Source: an uncultured delta proteobacterium (lineage in GTDB: Bacteria > Myxococcota > B64-G9). Taken from it: a stretch of 64,000 bases of DNA. Under the pieces are notes generated by a model. The model searched no databases. It saw only the letters and a program-made list of their open reading frames with translations, and was not told the origin of the DNA. Both the position numbers and the translations under genes were made by a program. The stretch is taken from the NCBI GenBank assembly GCA_963754925.1, contig CAVWHX010000004.1, positions 672,001-736,000 on the forward strand, given 5' to 3'. How positions within the stretch are numbered: position 1 is the first letter of the stretch; each line of letters begins with the position of its first letter. Below are positions 39,227 through 50,868 of the stretch, one piece after another.

Positions 39227-41995
39227 TTGTTGAAATTAACTTTCATACGGCTGTGGTGGTTCGCCGGGTACCTTACGTTGGCAGGATTTTTCCTCGGGTG
39301 CGCTGCCTCCAATACGATTACCACGGCTGAGGCGAACAACGTCGCGTCAAGCCAGAATGGCGGTAAGGTTGGTGAGACGACCGCGGTTTCCGAGGAGGGC
39401 TCCGTGCAGGTCGAACAAATCGGCCCTATAACCAGGGCAAAATTCAAAAACGGCCTGACTGCGGTATTTCTTGAGAAACACAGTGCCCCGGTGGTGGCAA
39501 TCCAGGTTTGGGTGGATGCCGGCTCAGCCTACGACAAGCCCGGTCAGGAGGGTATCGCCCACCTGCACGAACACATGCTCTTCAAAGGCACCAAGAAGCG
39601 GGCGCTGGGGGAAATCGCCCAGGCGATAGAAGGAGCGGGCGGCGATATCAACGCCTGGACCTCCTACGACCACACGGTCTATGAAGTGGTCGTGGCGGCG
39701 CGCTACTTCGATCTCGGTCTTGAAGTGCTCGCCGATGCCCTGCAGAACACGACGTTTGCCCCCGACGAACTTGAGCGCGAGAAGAAAGTGGTGATCGAGG
39801 AGATCAAACGCAACCGCGATCAGCCTGGACGCTGGGCGAGCGACCTGCTCTTCTCATTAGCGTTCCGAAAACATCCCTACCGTCAACCGATTCTGGGTAC
39901 GATGGAGTCGGTGCAAGCAGTCGACCAGACCGCGATCCTGCAGTTCTTCAAGACCTATTACCGCCCCGAGCATATGACGTTGTTAATGGTCGGCGACTTC
40001 GATCGTCAGAGCAGCCTCAAACGCATTCAGCGCCTGTTCCACCGTCAGCCGCAGGCGGCCGAGCCCCCCGTGGCGCGTCCCAGCGAGGGTAATCAACGCA
40101 AACTTCGGCTCCAAATAGTTCGCGACGATATCCAAGAGGCCCATTTCAACCTCGGTTGGCATATCCCCAATCTTCAACACGCCGACTCACCGGCGCTGGA
40201 CGTCCTGGCCACCCTGCTCGGCCAGGGTGAAAGCGCCCGGCTCAATTTGGAAGTTCGACGCCGCCTTGGGTTGGTCAACGATGTATACGCCTATGCCTAT
40301 TCGGCCCGCGATCCTGGCCTCTTTGTGGTGGGCGGCTCCTGTCCGCCCGACAAAACCCAGGCCGCCATGCAGCAGCTTATGGTGGAGGCTTCCCGACTCG
40401 CTGCCACGCCCGTCAGCGCGTCTGAACTCGCCAAGGTCAAGACCATGATCGAAAGCGACGCGCTGTACCAGCGCGAGACGGTCGAGGGGCTTGCCCGGCG
40501 GTTGGGTTTCGATCAGACGCTTCTGAACGACCCAAACTATGCAGATACCTATCTCAACCGGGTGCTTGCCATAACGCCAGCCGACATCCGGCGCGTCGCC
40601 GCAACCTATTTGATTCCGGAGAATCTTTCGCTCGTCCTCGTGATGCCAAAAAGCCAGGTCCCCGACCTGACCGAAGACACGCTCGGCGCCGCCATTACCG
40701 CCGCGGCGGTGGCAACGCCAACGCCCGAAACCGAACCGCCAAAAAGTTCCCTGGGTTTTACCAGGATGAAAATCAAGAATGGGCCGGTGTTGCTGATCCA
40801 GGAAGATCACACCAATCCCTTGGTTGCGGTGCGGGCGGCTTTCTTAGGTGGTTCGCGTTACGAGTCATCCGAGAATAACGGGATCAATAATTTCTTGGCC
40901 GGCATGCTTACCCGCGGCACCCAGAACCGTTCCGCCGCCGATGTTGCGCGTGAGATTGATGCCATCGCGGGCGGCTTCGAGGGCTTTTCCGGGAGGAACT
41001 CCTTTGGGCTGCGCGCCGAATTCCCTTCGCGCTACCTCGAGCGCGGACTGAGCTTGTTCGCTGATTGCCTGCTTCACCCAACCTTCCTCGAAAGCGAGAT
41101 CAAGCGTGAGCGCGAGCTGGTTCTGGAGGAAATTCGCGCCCGCGATGATAACCTGTCCGGGCTGGCTTTCGATCTGTTCGCCGCAACGCTATACCCCAAT
41201 CATCCCTATCGGCTGCCCCCGATGGGAACCCGGCAAAGTGTCGCCGCCTTGAAGCGCACCCAGCTCACGGAGTACCGTACGCAGTACTATACCCCCGATC
41301 GCATGGTTCTGGCGATTACCGGCGACGTCGAGCCGCAGCGAGTGTCTGAGGAGGTACGGGCGCTTTTCAGTGAACCGGCCGCGCCCGAGGACAAACCCGC
41401 ACCGCCGCCTTCGGTCGCGCCCGACACACCCCCAGATAAACCGCGCACGGTCGAGAAGTACCGCAACCGAGCTCAGGCTCACTTTGTGCTTGGCTTTCTC
41501 GGAACCACCCTCGTGAACGAAGACCGCTTCCCGCTTGAGGTGCTCATGGCGATTCTCGCCGGCCAAGGAGGGCGGTTATTTGTCGAGTTGCGCGATCGTC
41601 TGGCTCTCGCGTACGCGGTTACCGGTTTTTCCCTCGAGGGAATTGAGCCCGGATACGTCGCCGTCTACCTGGGAGTAGATCCCAAGCGGTTGGATGAAGC
41701 CATCGCTGCAACCACGGATCAGCTCCGTAAAATAATTGCGGAGCCGATCGCCAGCGCGGAGATTGAGCGCGCCCAACGGTACCTGGTCGGCAATCAGGCC
41801 ATCTCGCTCCAGCGCCTGTCGGCCCGGGCCGGCGTTATGGCTTTCGATGAGCTCTACGGCCTTGGGTACCTGGCGCACCGCGAGTACGCAGGCAAGATCC
41901 TCGCCGTCACCGCTGCAGACGTCTCAAGGGTGGCCCGGAAATACCTGACAATCGAGCGCCCGACCCTTGCCATTATCCGTCCCAAGGCGCCCTAA
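39227..41995 (+). CDS. M16 (pitrilysin) family zinc peptidase, probable lipoprotein
   Basis: HLHEH inverted zinc motif, INAWTSYD, duplicated halves, FLGC lipobox-like. Confidence 0.92.
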   Translation: MLKLTFIRLWWFAGYLTLAGFFLGCAASNTITTAEANNVASSQNGGKVGETTAVSEEGSVQVEQIGPITRAKFKNGLTAVFLEKHSAPVVAIQVWVDAGSAYDKPGQEGIAHLHEHMLFKGTKKRALGEIAQAIEGAGGDINAWTSYDHTVYEVVVAARYFDLGLEVLADALQNTTFAPDELEREKKVVIEEIKRNRDQPGRWASDLLFSLAFRKHPYRQPILGTMESVQAVDQTAILQFFKTYYRPEHMTLLMVGDFDRQSSLKRIQRLFHRQPQAAEPPVARPSEGNQRKLRLQIVRDDIQEAHFNLGWHIPNLQHADSPALDVLATLLGQGESARLNLEVRRRLGLVNDVYAYAYSARDPGLFVVGGSCPPDKTQAAMQQLMVEASRLAATPVSASELAKVKTMIESDALYQRETVEGLARRLGFDQTLLNDPNYADTYLNRVLAITPADIRRVAATYLIPENLSLVLVMPKSQVPDLTEDTLGAAITAAAVATPTPETEPPKSSLGFTRMKIKNGPVLLIQEDHTNPLVAVRAAFLGGSRYESSENNGINNFLAGMLTRGTQNRSAADVAREIDAIAGGFEGFSGRNSFGLRAEFPSRYLERGLSLFADCLLHPTFLESEIKRERELVLEEIRARDDNLSGLAFDLFAATLYPNHPYRLPPMGTRQSVAALKRTQLTEYRTQYYTPDRMVLAITGDVEPQRVSEEVRALFSEPAAPEDKPAPPPSVAPDTPPDKPRTVEKYRNRAQAHFVLGFLGTTLVNEDRFPLEVLMAILAGQGGRLFVELRDRLALAYAVTGFSLEGIEPGYVAVYLGVDPKRLDEAIAATTDQLRKIIAEPIASAEIERAQRYLVGNQAISLQRLSARAGVMAFDELYGLGYLAHREYAGKILAVTAADVSRVARKYLTIERPTLAIIRPKAP

Positions 41996-42136
41996 CCCCG
42001 AGGTCAGGCATCGTTGCATGAATGCGTACAATGCCTGCGCATACGCGCCATTGCGACGACCGGATCTCCTGGGTTAAACTCTTGCCACTATAAACGGTGG
42101 TGGTGTACCGTTATCTATAGAAAAGGGTGAGAGGTC

Positions 42137-42712
42137 ATGAGCAAGCAAAAAAAACACAGCGACCACGTTGGGATTTCACCTGAAGGTGAAGTTAGTCGGC
42201 CGACGGTCAGCGAACAGGACTATGCCGATCTCAAGCTCAAATATGAGCAGGTGCTACGAATGGCGGCTGATCTTGACAATCAGCGCAAACGGTCGTTGAA
42301 AGAGCGTGATGAGGCGCTCAAATACGGCCAAGAGCGCTTGCTGAGCGAGTTGCTGCCTATCGTGGATAACCTCAAACGCACTGTGAAATTCGTTCCCGAG
42401 CAAAATCAGGACCCAATATTGAATTCATTGGGTGACGGTTTGAAGCTGATTCTGCAGCAATTTACGGAGTTACTAGGGAAGAATTCAGTACAAAGTTTCT
42501 CATCAGTCGGTCAACCATTCGACCCCAACTGGCATGAGGCGCTCCTCCGCACTGAAACGACCGACTACCCCCCGGGTACGATTATTGACGAGCTCAGCCA
42601 AGGCTACAAAATTCACGAGCGCCTGCTCCGGCCAGCAATGGTAAACGTTGCCTCCCTCCCGAGCACGCTGGCAGACCCAGGGGAAATCGACGAAACCGAA
42701 TCGAGCGGGTGA
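42137..42712 (+). CDS. grpE: Nucleotide exchange factor GrpE
   Basis: ADLDNQRKR, FDPNWHEA, GYKIHERLLRPAMVNV. Confidence 0.95.
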   Translation: MSKQKKHSDHVGISPEGEVSRPTVSEQDYADLKLKYEQVLRMAADLDNQRKRSLKERDEALKYGQERLLSELLPIVDNLKRTVKFVPEQNQDPILNSLGDGLKLILQQFTELLGKNSVQSFSSVGQPFDPNWHEALLRTETTDYPPGTIIDELSQGYKIHERLLRPAMVNVASLPSTLADPGEIDETESSG

Positions 42713-42831
42713 CCCTATGGCAGGTATAGCCATCAGACAACCTGTTGGGCCACTTTGTGGCGCTCGCGACCGTTTATATCTTATACTGAAAGAGAGCGTT
42801 TTTGATATTGGGAGATGGGGAGGTATCATAG

Positions 42832-44664
42832 ATGGGTAAGACTATTGGCATAGACTTGGGCACGACGAACTCGTGCGTGGCTTTATTGGAGAAGAGCGAG
42901 CCCGTGGTGTTGCCAAACTCGGAGGGTTCGCGCACCACACCGTCAATTGTGGGTTTTTCCGAAAGCGGCGAGCGTTTGGTAGGCCAGGTCGCCAAACGGC
43001 AGGCGATTACCAACCCCGAGAACACCGTCTTCGCGGTCAAACGCCTGATCGGCCGGAAGTTCGACAGCGAGCAGGTCAAGAAGGCCGCCCCGATCCTTCC
43101 CTACCGAATTGTCAAAAATAAAAACGGCGACGCCTGGGTGCAGATTCGCGGCAAAGACTACAGCCCGGCCGAAGTCTCTGCTATGGTTCTGATGAAGATG
43201 AAGCAAACCGCCGAGGATTACCTCGGCGAACAAGTGCAGGATGCGATCATCACGTGTCCGGCCTATTTCGACGACAGCCAGCGGCAAGCCACCAAGGACG
43301 CCGGCAAGATCGCCGGACTCAACGTCCTCCGTATCATCAACGAGCCAACCGCCGCGGCGCTGTCCTTTGGCTTGGACAAACGCGAGAAGAACATCAAGGT
43401 CGCCGTCTTTGACCTCGGCGGCGGCACCTTCGATATCTCCATTTTGGAGCTCGCCGAAGGCGTCTTTCGGGTGCTTTCCACCAACGGCGATACCTTTCTA
43501 GGAGGCGAGGATTTCGATCTGCGCATCGTTGACTATCTGTGCAATGAGTTTATGAAAACGACTCGCATCGAACTGCGCCGCGATCGCATGGCCATGCAGC
43601 GTCTCAAAGACGCGGCCGAGAAGGCCAAGCAGGAGCTTTCGTCCACGACCCAAACCGAGATCACCCTGCCCTTTATCACCGCCGATAGCTCCGGACCGAA
43701 GCATTTGAACATGTCGATGACGCGCGGCCAGCTTGAGGTGCTCGTCCAAGATTTGCTCGATCGCTTGGAGGGTCCTTGCCGCACCGCTCTCAAAGACGCA
43801 AGCCTCACCCCCGCCGACCTCGACGAGGTGATCTTGGTCGGCGGCATGAGCCGCATGCCCAAGGTCCAAGAAAGGGCTAAACGAATCTTTGGCAAAGAAC
43901 CGAATAAAACGGTCAACCCCGATGAGGTGGTGGCGATCGGCGCGTCGATTCAGGGCGCGGTGCTCAAGGGCGACGTCGAGGACGTCGTGCTGCTCGACAT
44001 CACGCCCCTGAGCCTTGGGGTGGAGACCGCCGGCGGGGTGTTTACCAAGCTCATCGAAAAGAACACCACCATTCCGGTGCGCAAGAGCCAGGTTTTCTCG
44101 ACCGCCCGCGACAACCAGGACATGGTCAGCGTGCACGTTTGTCAGGGCGAACGCGAAATGGCCGAGGACAACAAAACCCTCGGGCGCTTTGAGCTGGTCG
44201 GGATCCCGCCGGCGCCGCGGGGGATGCCGCAAATAGAAGTGGCGTTCGATATCGACGCCAACGGGATCGTGGGTGTCTCGGCCAAGGACCTGGGCAGCGG
44301 CAAGGAGCAGTCGATACGCGTGGTGGCCTCCAGCGGTTTGACCGAACAGGAGATCAGCCGCATGCAGGCTGAAGCCGAAAAATTCAGGCAGGACGACCGA
44401 GCCAAGAAGGAGTTCGCCGAACTATTGGTCAACGCCGAGGGGCTCGTCTACTCAACCGAGAAGGCCCTCGAGGAGTTCGGCGAGATGATCAGTGAAGAAG
44501 ACCGCGCGGAGATTCGCGAGCATCTCGCATCATGTAAAGACCTGACCGAGCGCGCAAAGCGGGAGGATTTCACTCAACTCAAAGCAATGGTCTCCCGTTT
44601 GGAGACCGTTGCCCACCGCATCGCCGACGCCATGTACAAGAGCTCGTCGGGCGAGAGCGAGTGA
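42832..44664 (+). CDS. dnaK: Chaperone DnaK
   Basis: [29 protein letters not shown]. Confidence 0.98.
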   Translation: MGKTIGIDLGTTNSCVALLEKSEPVVLPNSEGSRTTPSIVGFSESGERLVGQVAKRQAITNPENTVFAVKRLIGRKFDSEQVKKAAPILPYRIVKNKNGDAWVQIRGKDYSPAEVSAMVLMKMKQTAEDYLGEQVQDAIITCPAYFDDSQRQATKDAGKIAGLNVLRIINEPTAAALSFGLDKREKNIKVAVFDLGGGTFDISILELAEGVFRVLSTNGDTFLGGEDFDLRIVDYLCNEFMKTTRIELRRDRMAMQRLKDAAEKAKQELSSTTQTEITLPFITADSSGPKHLNMSMTRGQLEVLVQDLLDRLEGPCRTALKDASLTPADLDEVILVGGMSRMPKVQERAKRIFGKEPNKTVNPDEVVAIGASIQGAVLKGDVEDVVLLDITPLSLGVETAGGVFTKLIEKNTTIPVRKSQVFSTARDNQDMVSVHVCQGEREMAEDNKTLGRFELVGIPPAPRGMPQIEVAFDIDANGIVGVSAKDLGSGKEQSIRVVASSGLTEQEISRMQAEAEKFRQDDRAKKEFAELLVNAEGLVYSTEKALEEFGEMISEEDRAEIREHLASCKDLTERAKREDFTQLKAMVSRLETVAHRIADAMYKSSSGESE

Positions 44665-44994
44665 ACAACCGCTTCTAATACCGAACTATCCAGCCGTGCA
44701 GGAATATCTTATGCAACTAGAGGGGTGTAAAAGTGAAGTCAGGGTTGGGATTTTTCGTAAGAACAGACTCGTTCTCGTACATAAGCTAAAGAGGGTTTAC
44801 TGCTTTTTTCCCCTATTATCGATGACTTGAATACCTGCTGTTTTAAGTACCTCATCAAATACATTTAACAATTGGTTAGGCAAGCTAGATTTTATCTCTC
44901 GGATTCTATCCAAAGCCTTATTATAACCCTCCTCATGGACAACCCTCCAAAATTTCCGAATAATGGTTCATACGCACTTCTAGATTATCCCCAC

Positions 44995-45023
44995 TTGACT
45001 TTGGACTCAGTCCAACATATAAT
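44995..45023 (+). promoter_or_regulatory. TA promoter with operator palindrome; probable leaderless mRNA
   Basis: TTGACT-N17-TATAAT; spacer contains the inverted repeat TTGGACT-C-AGTCCAA (45001-45015); ATG lies 6 nt after the -10 box. Confidence 0.75.
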
Positions 45024-45029
45024 TTTCAC

Positions 45030-45364
45030 ATGAAAGGCCGCCCGCATTGGCCACTTCAGAGAGTAAAGAACTTGGCCAAGGAAGGCAAATTGTTCATTCA
45101 GCGGACGAGAGCATTGGACTTTTTTACAAGCTTCAAGGAGGCAATGGAGATTGCACAATCTGTCGTACAAGGACTTGAGATATCCAATTTCTCCCATACG
45201 ATACAGCTCACCTACGATATCGCAGACGTTTATGGAGTTTTGATTGAAGGATGTGGGTGGTATCTCAAGCTAACCATAGACGAAAAGATTCCGGAACTGG
45301 TCGTGATCTCTTTTATCCTCTCGAACGACCGCTGAAGACCAAAGGAGGAATGATAAGGCCATGA
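45030..45364 (+). CDS. MqsR-like type II toxin (apparent 1-bp deletion at ~45313)
   Basis: DVYGV...GWYLKLTI...VVISF; adding 1 nt gives ...ISF(H/Y)PLERPLKTKGGMIRP* with an ATGA overlap onto the antitoxin. Confidence 0.65.
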
Positions 45365-45792
45365 GTAAAACAAAAAAACGTCTTTGTAAAAATTGTGGAA
45401 TCGGTGAGATCCGACCTTTAGCAAAAACAGGTCGTTTCGCTCGATACAAAAGTATGCCTCGATTGGCGATCCCGTCTGACCTCAAGATTCCCACTTGCAA
45501 TCATTGCGGTGCCGAATGGCTTGATGCGAACACGGCAAAGGCACTGGATAAAGCTTTGGATACAGCATTCCGTGAAGAGCTGAGGCAACGAACCATCAGA
45601 GCAATTGAAGAGATCGGCAAGTATGTGTCCCAAAGGAAGCTGGAGGCTCTTTTGGGATTGTCACAAGGTTACCTATCAAAGCTTCGTTCTGGTGACCGAG
45701 ACACCAGCGCCGAGTTGGTAAGTCAATTGGCACTGATCTCCAAAGACCCCAGACACCGTATTCACGAACTTGAAATTTTTTGGGAGCATTAA
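45361..45792 (+). CDS. MqsA-like antitoxin (Zn-ribbon + XRE HTH)
   Basis: CKNCG...CNHCGAEW; SQRKLEALLGLSQGYLSKLRSG. Confidence 0.78.
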   Translation: MSKTKKRLCKNCGIGEIRPLAKTGRFARYKSMPRLAIPSDLKIPTCNHCGAEWLDANTAKALDKALDTAFREELRQRTIRAIEEIGKYVSQRKLEALLGLSQGYLSKLRSGDRDTSAELVSQLALISKDPRHRIHELEIFWEH

Positions 45793-45881
45793 TTCATATC
45801 ATGGCGAATCAACAGTTGTTATTCGTCTAGCGCAGCCATACAATATGAACCTCATTCTCCACCTGCTTGAATTCGTGGTAG

Positions 45882-45974
45882 CCCGTCACCAGTGCAGGCC
45901 TAACCCTCGTCACTGCTGATGAACGTCTCTTCAAGATACCAGGCGTCGAAGTGTTGAAGTGCAAAAAGAACTGA
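45882..45974 (+). pseudogene. C-terminal remnant of a PIN/VapC toxin
   Basis: SAGLTLVTADERLFKIPGVEVLKC*, preceded in frame by a stop, no start codon. Confidence 0.55.
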
Positions 45975-46087
45975 CGGAGTCTGCATCTCAGACCTGTATT
46001 CCCTTGACATTTCGAGGTTCGTGAACACATTTTTCGTGATGAAAGCGCCATGATGTTGTGTGCGGTGAAATGTAAAAGGGGTTGCGC

Positions 46088-48670
46088 ATGAAGTCTGACA
46101 AATTAACGGTTAAGTCGCAGGAAGCTCTTCAAGAAGCTCAGAAATTAGCCCAGCAACTCAACCACCAGGAGCTTACCCCCGAACATTTGTTGGCGGCGTT
46201 AATCGATCAGGAGGGCGGCATTGTTCGGCCGCTGCTACAAAAGCTCGGCGCCGATCCGCAAGCCGTCGCCGGTTCGCTTTCAAAGGCGCTCGAACGCCTG
46301 CCCGGCGTCCGGGGTGGCGAGACGTTCATTGGCCGAAGGCTTGCAGATATCCTCGACGCCGCCCAGGCCGAAGCCGATAGACTAAAGGACGACTACGTCT
46401 CAACCGAGCACCTGCTCCTGGCACTCTGCGCCGACAAGTCGGCGGCGGCCGGGTCGGCATTAGCCGAATTCGGGGTAACGCGCGATTCCGTATACCGAGC
46501 CCTGCAGGAGATCCGCGGCAACCAACGGGTTAGCGATCAAAATCCCGAGGGTCGCTATCAGGCTCTCGAACGTTACGGCCGCGACCTCACCGAACAAGCC
46601 CGCAAAGGCAAACTGGATCCCGTCATCGGTCGCGACGAGGAGATTCGCCGGGTGATGCAAGTGCTTTCTCGCCGCACGAAAAACAATCCCGTACTCATCG
46701 GCGAACCGGGCGTCGGTAAAACCGCGGTCGTCGAGGGACTGGCGCGGCGGATAATCGATCGCGACGTTCCAAAAACATTGCTCGATAAACGCGTGGTGGC
46801 CCTTGACCTGGGATCCATGGTGGCCGGCACCAAGTACCGGGGTGAGTTTGAGGATCGGCTCAAGGCCCTCCTTAAAGAGATTATCGCCTCCGAGGGCGAG
46901 GTGATTTTGTTCATAGACGAACTGCATACGCTGGTGGGAACCGGCGCGGCAGAGGGCGCCATGGATGCGTCTAATATGCTTAAACCGGCATTGGCGCGTG
47001 GCGAGCTGCACTGCATTGGTGCGACAACCCTGGATGAGTATCGCAAGCATATCGAGAAGGATGCCGCCCTTGAGCGCCGCTTTCAACCGGTGTTAATCCA
47101 GGAGCCCTCACTGGAAGATACCATCAGCATCCTGCGCGGACTTAAAGAAAAGTACGAGGTGCACCACGGTGTACGCATCCAGGATGCAGCCCTGGTGGCG
47201 GCAGCCACCCTCTCGACCCGCTATATCAGCGATCGGTTTCTGCCCGATAAAGCCATCGATCTGGTCGACGAGGCGGCCAGTCGGCTGCGGATCGAGATTG
47301 ACTCGCTGCCCAGCGAGCTCGACGACTTGCGCCGACGCACCACCCAACTTGAGATCGAGCGCGAGGCTCTTCGCAAAGAAAAAGACGACGCCAGCCGCGA
47401 ACGACTCGAAAAGCTTGAAGCCGAGCTGGCAGAGCTTAACGAGCAGGAACAGGCCAAGAAAGCGCACTGGCAAAATGAGGTGACCGGCATCCAGCGTATT
47501 CGCGAGATCTCTGCGCAGATTGAAGAAGCCCGCACGGCGGTCGAAACCACCATGCGCCAAGGCGATTTGGCCAAGGCCTCGGAGCTTAAATTCGGCCGTA
47601 TCGCCCACCTTGAGCGCGAATTAGCAAGCGAGCAAGAAAAGCTCAATCGCATTAATACGACCGAGCGCATGCTCAAAGAGGAGGTCGGACCGGACGACGT
47701 GGCCGCGGTGGTGGCTAAGTGGACCGGCATTCCGGTCAGCAAATTGCTCGAAGGCGAGCGCGAGAAATTGGTGCACATGGAAGATAGGCTCCGGGAGCGC
47801 GTGGTTGGTCAAGATCCGGCTATTGTCGCTGTCTCCAACGCGGTGCGCCGGGCACGCTCAGGACTGTCCGATCCCAACCGGCCGATCGGCAGCTTCATTT
47901 TTCTCGGTCCTACCGGGGTCGGCAAAACCGAGCTCGCGCGCGCGCTGGCTGAATTCTTGTTCGACGACGAGGGCGCCATGGTGCGCATTGACATGAGCGA
48001 ATACATGGAGAAGCATGCGGTATCGCGCTTGATTGGAGCTCCCCCCGGGTATGTCGGCTACGACGAGGGCGGCGCTTTGACCGAGGCGGTCCGCCGCCGT
48101 CCCTATACGGTGGTGTTGTTCGACGAGATCGAGAAGGCTCACCAAGAAATATTCAATGTTCTCCTACAGGTGCTCGAGGATGGGCGGCTGACCGACGGCC
48201 ACGGCCGGACGGTGGACTTTAAAAACACCGTGGTGATTATGACTTCCAATATCGGTTCCGAGCATTTGGCCGCACGCGCCGGGGCGCTCGAGCCGCGCGA
48301 CCGCGAGGTTGTTTTGGAGGCCTTGCACCAACACTTTCGCCCCGAATTCCTAAACCGCGTCGACAATGTGTTGGTGTTCGGTAGCCTTACGCGCGAGCAC
48401 CTCAAACAAGTTGTCGAGATACAATTGGCGCGTCTTCGTAAATTGCTTACTGAACGCAAGCTCACCCTGGAGGTTTCCGACGCGGCCAAGGAACGCATCG
48501 CCGAGGTCGGCTACGACCCGCAATTCGGCGCTCGGCCGCTGAAGCGAGCCATTCAACGCTTGCTACAAGATCCTCTGGCGACTAAACTGTTGGAGGGGGA
48601 TTTCGGCGAGGGCGACAGCATCAAGGCCGATTGCAAAAAAAATGGGGAAATTGTATTTACCAGGGATTAA
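46088..48670 (+). CDS. clpB: ATP-dependent chaperone ClpB
   Basis: Two AAA domains ([16 protein letters not shown]) with a long middle coiled coil. Confidence 0.98.
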   Translation: MKSDKLTVKSQEALQEAQKLAQQLNHQELTPEHLLAALIDQEGGIVRPLLQKLGADPQAVAGSLSKALERLPGVRGGETFIGRRLADILDAAQAEADRLKDDYVSTEHLLLALCADKSAAAGSALAEFGVTRDSVYRALQEIRGNQRVSDQNPEGRYQALERYGRDLTEQARKGKLDPVIGRDEEIRRVMQVLSRRTKNNPVLIGEPGVGKTAVVEGLARRIIDRDVPKTLLDKRVVALDLGSMVAGTKYRGEFEDRLKALLKEIIASEGEVILFIDELHTLVGTGAAEGAMDASNMLKPALARGELHCIGATTLDEYRKHIEKDAALERRFQPVLIQEPSLEDTISILRGLKEKYEVHHGVRIQDAALVAAATLSTRYISDRFLPDKAIDLVDEAASRLRIEIDSLPSELDDLRRRTTQLEIEREALRKEKDDASRERLEKLEAELAELNEQEQAKKAHWQNEVTGIQRIREISAQIEEARTAVETTMRQGDLAKASELKFGRIAHLERELASEQEKLNRINTTERMLKEEVGPDDVAAVVAKWTGIPVSKLLEGEREKLVHMEDRLRERVVGQDPAIVAVSNAVRRARSGLSDPNRPIGSFIFLGPTGVGKTELARALAEFLFDDEGAMVRIDMSEYMEKHAVSRLIGAPPGYVGYDEGGALTEAVRRRPYTVVLFDEIEKAHQEIFNVLLQVLEDGRLTDGHGRTVDFKNTVVIMTSNIGSEHLAARAGALEPRDREVVLEALHQHFRPEFLNRVDNVLVFGSLTREHLKQVVEIQLARLRKLLTERKLTLEVSDAAKERIAEVGYDPQFGARPLKRAIQRLLQDPLATKLLEGDFGEGDSIKADCKKNGEIVFTRD

Positions 48671-48672
48671 TC

Positions 48673-49344
48673 GTGTCACCTACCGCCCCGCGCCCTATCC
48701 GCCTGATTTGCTTTGATCTCGACGGCACGCTGCTCGATCGTACGGTCTTTGTTTGGAGCACCTTACACGAACACTTCCCGTCCGATCCGCTCCGACGAAA
48801 GCAGGCGTGGGATGACTACTTTGCGCATCGCATCTCCTATGCCGAGTGGTTTCACAGTGATCTCGAATTGCTGCGCGCGGGCGGGGCTACCCGTGAACGG
48901 ATCAAAAAAGTCCTCAGCAAGCTTCATCCTGCCCGCGGCGCCCACGAGACCCTGCGCGAACTCCGCGAGCGCGGTTATCGATTGGCGCTGATCTCCGGCT
49001 CGCTCGACCTTGCGCTCACGCAGTTCTTTCACCCAAGCCTGTTCGATCATGTGCTCATCAACCGGGTACATTTCGACGAATCCGGATGCATCAGCGGTGG
49101 GGAGCCAACGCCATTCGACCTCGACGGCAAGGTGGCCGGCCTGCATGAGCTCGCCCAGCGTGAGAGCCTGAACGTCGCCCAATGCGCCTTCGTGGGGGAC
49201 AACTTCAATGACCTGCCGGTGATGCGCGCCGCTGGTTTTTCCATCGGCATTCACATCAAGCACCCCGACATACACCAAGCGGTCGACGTTGCCATCGATG
49301 ATGACGATTTGCGGGCGATATTGCAATATTTCCCGAAACTATAA
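48673..49344 (+). CDS. HAD-IB phosphatase (SerB-like)
   Basis: FDLDGTL, ISGS, K, VGDNFND. Confidence 0.88.
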   Translation: MSPTAPRPIRLICFDLDGTLLDRTVFVWSTLHEHFPSDPLRRKQAWDDYFAHRISYAEWFHSDLELLRAGGATRERIKKVLSKLHPARGAHETLRELRERGYRLALISGSLDLALTQFFHPSLFDHVLINRVHFDESGCISGGEPTPFDLDGKVAGLHELAQRESLNVAQCAFVGDNFNDLPVMRAAGFSIGIHIKHPDIHQAVDVAIDDDDLRAILQYFPKL

Positions 49345-49429
49345 TCCAGTATTGTTCTCGTTGATAACGGCAGCCGATTAATGCCATTCTCGGATACATG
49401 ATTAGCGCTGGTAGAGAGCGAGGTATGAG

Positions 49430-50830
49430 ATGGCATGGCTTAAGATTGTCGACGCCTTGAAGGCGCCACCGGGAACCGAACTCACGGTCAAGGGTTGGGT
49501 CCGCACCCGGCGCGACTCCAAGGCCGAGGGTGGACTGTCGTTCATTGCCGTCCATGATGGCAGTTGCTTTGACGTCATTCAAGTGGTGGCCCGCGCGCAG
49601 TTACCGAACTATGCCGGCGAGCTGACCAAGCTGGTTGCCGGTTGTTCGGTCGAGGTTGACGGCCTTCTCGTCGCCTCTCAGGGCGCCGGTCAGGCGGTTG
49701 AGATCGCGGCCAGCAGCATACGGGTGATCGGCTGGGTGGAAAACCCGGACAGCTACCCGGTAAGCCCAAAAAAACATTCATTCGAGTACCTGCGCGAGGT
49801 TGGCCACCTGCGGGTGCGCACCAACACCTTCGGGGCGGTCGCGCGCGTGCGCCATTGTCTGGCCCTTGCGATCCACCGCTTTTTTGACGAGCGCGGCTTT
49901 TTCTATGTCCACACGCCGATCATAACCGCTAATGATTGCGAGGGTGCCGGCCAGATGTTCCGTGTGTCCACGCTGGATGCACTCAATCCGCCGCGTACCG
50001 AACAGGGTACGGTGGACTTTGACCAGGATTTTTTCGGACGCGAAGCACGGCTCACCGTCTCAGGTCAACTGAGCGTCGAGACGTACTGCTGCGCCCTTTC
50101 GCGGGTCTATACCTTCGGCCCGACGTTTCGCGCCGAAAACAGCAACACCAGCCGGCACCTGTCCGAATTCTGGATGATCGAACCCGAAATTGCCTTTGCC
50201 GATCTCACGGACGACGGCCGACTCGCCGAGGAGTTTCTCAAATATTTATTCGATGATTTGCTGACGCGCCGCGCCGACGACATGGCCTTCTTCGATCAAC
50301 GTATCCAAAAAGGGGTGATTGCGCGCATCAAACAGGTCATCGAGCGTCCCTTTCGGTGGGTTGAGTACAGCGAAGCAATCGAACTTCTCAACCAGGCCAA
50401 AAAAAGTTTCGAATTCCCGGTTTCCTGGGGCATGGACATGCAAAGCGAGCACGAGCGCTACCTGACCGAGGATCACTTCAAACAGCCTATCATCGTGGTC
50501 AACTACCCCAAGGACATCAAAGCGTTCTATATGCGGCAAAACGACGACGGCAAAACCGTGGCGGCCATGGATGTGCTGGTGCCGGACATCGGCGAGATCA
50601 TCGGCGGCTCTCAGCGCGAGGAGCGAATTGACGTGCTCGACCGGCGTATCGAGGAGATGAAGCTCAAAAAGGAGGATTACTGGTGGTACCGCGATCTGCG
50701 CCGCTACGGAACGGTTCCGCATGCCGGTTTTGGGCTTGGCTTCGAGCGATTGATGCTCTTTTGCACCGGAATGGGCAACATACGGGATGTGATTCCATTC
50801 CCTCGTGCCCCGCGACAAGCTGAGTTTTAG
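49430..50830 (+). CDS. asnS: Asparagine--tRNA ligase
   Basis: [48 protein letters not shown]. Confidence 0.97.
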   Translation: MAWLKIVDALKAPPGTELTVKGWVRTRRDSKAEGGLSFIAVHDGSCFDVIQVVARAQLPNYAGELTKLVAGCSVEVDGLLVASQGAGQAVEIAASSIRVIGWVENPDSYPVSPKKHSFEYLREVGHLRVRTNTFGAVARVRHCLALAIHRFFDERGFFYVHTPIITANDCEGAGQMFRVSTLDALNPPRTEQGTVDFDQDFFGREARLTVSGQLSVETYCCALSRVYTFGPTFRAENSNTSRHLSEFWMIEPEIAFADLTDDGRLAEEFLKYLFDDLLTRRADDMAFFDQRIQKGVIARIKQVIERPFRWVEYSEAIELLNQAKKSFEFPVSWGMDMQSEHERYLTEDHFKQPIIVVNYPKDIKAFYMRQNDDGKTVAAMDVLVPDIGEIIGGSQREERIDVLDRRIEEMKLKKEDYWWYRDLRRYGTVPHAGFGLGFERLMLFCTGMGNIRDVIPFPRAPRQAEF

Positions 50831-50868
50831 CGTTAACTGAAAACACGATAGTATTTTCCGAATCGAGC

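Noticed and set aside
41996..42136. CIRCE element upstream of grpE-dnaK
   Set aside because: No TTAGCACTC-N9-GAGTGCTAA match seen here or before clpB
46002..46031. Heat-shock sigma promoter for clpB (CTTGAC...ACACAT)
   Set aside because: The -10 match is too weak to assign
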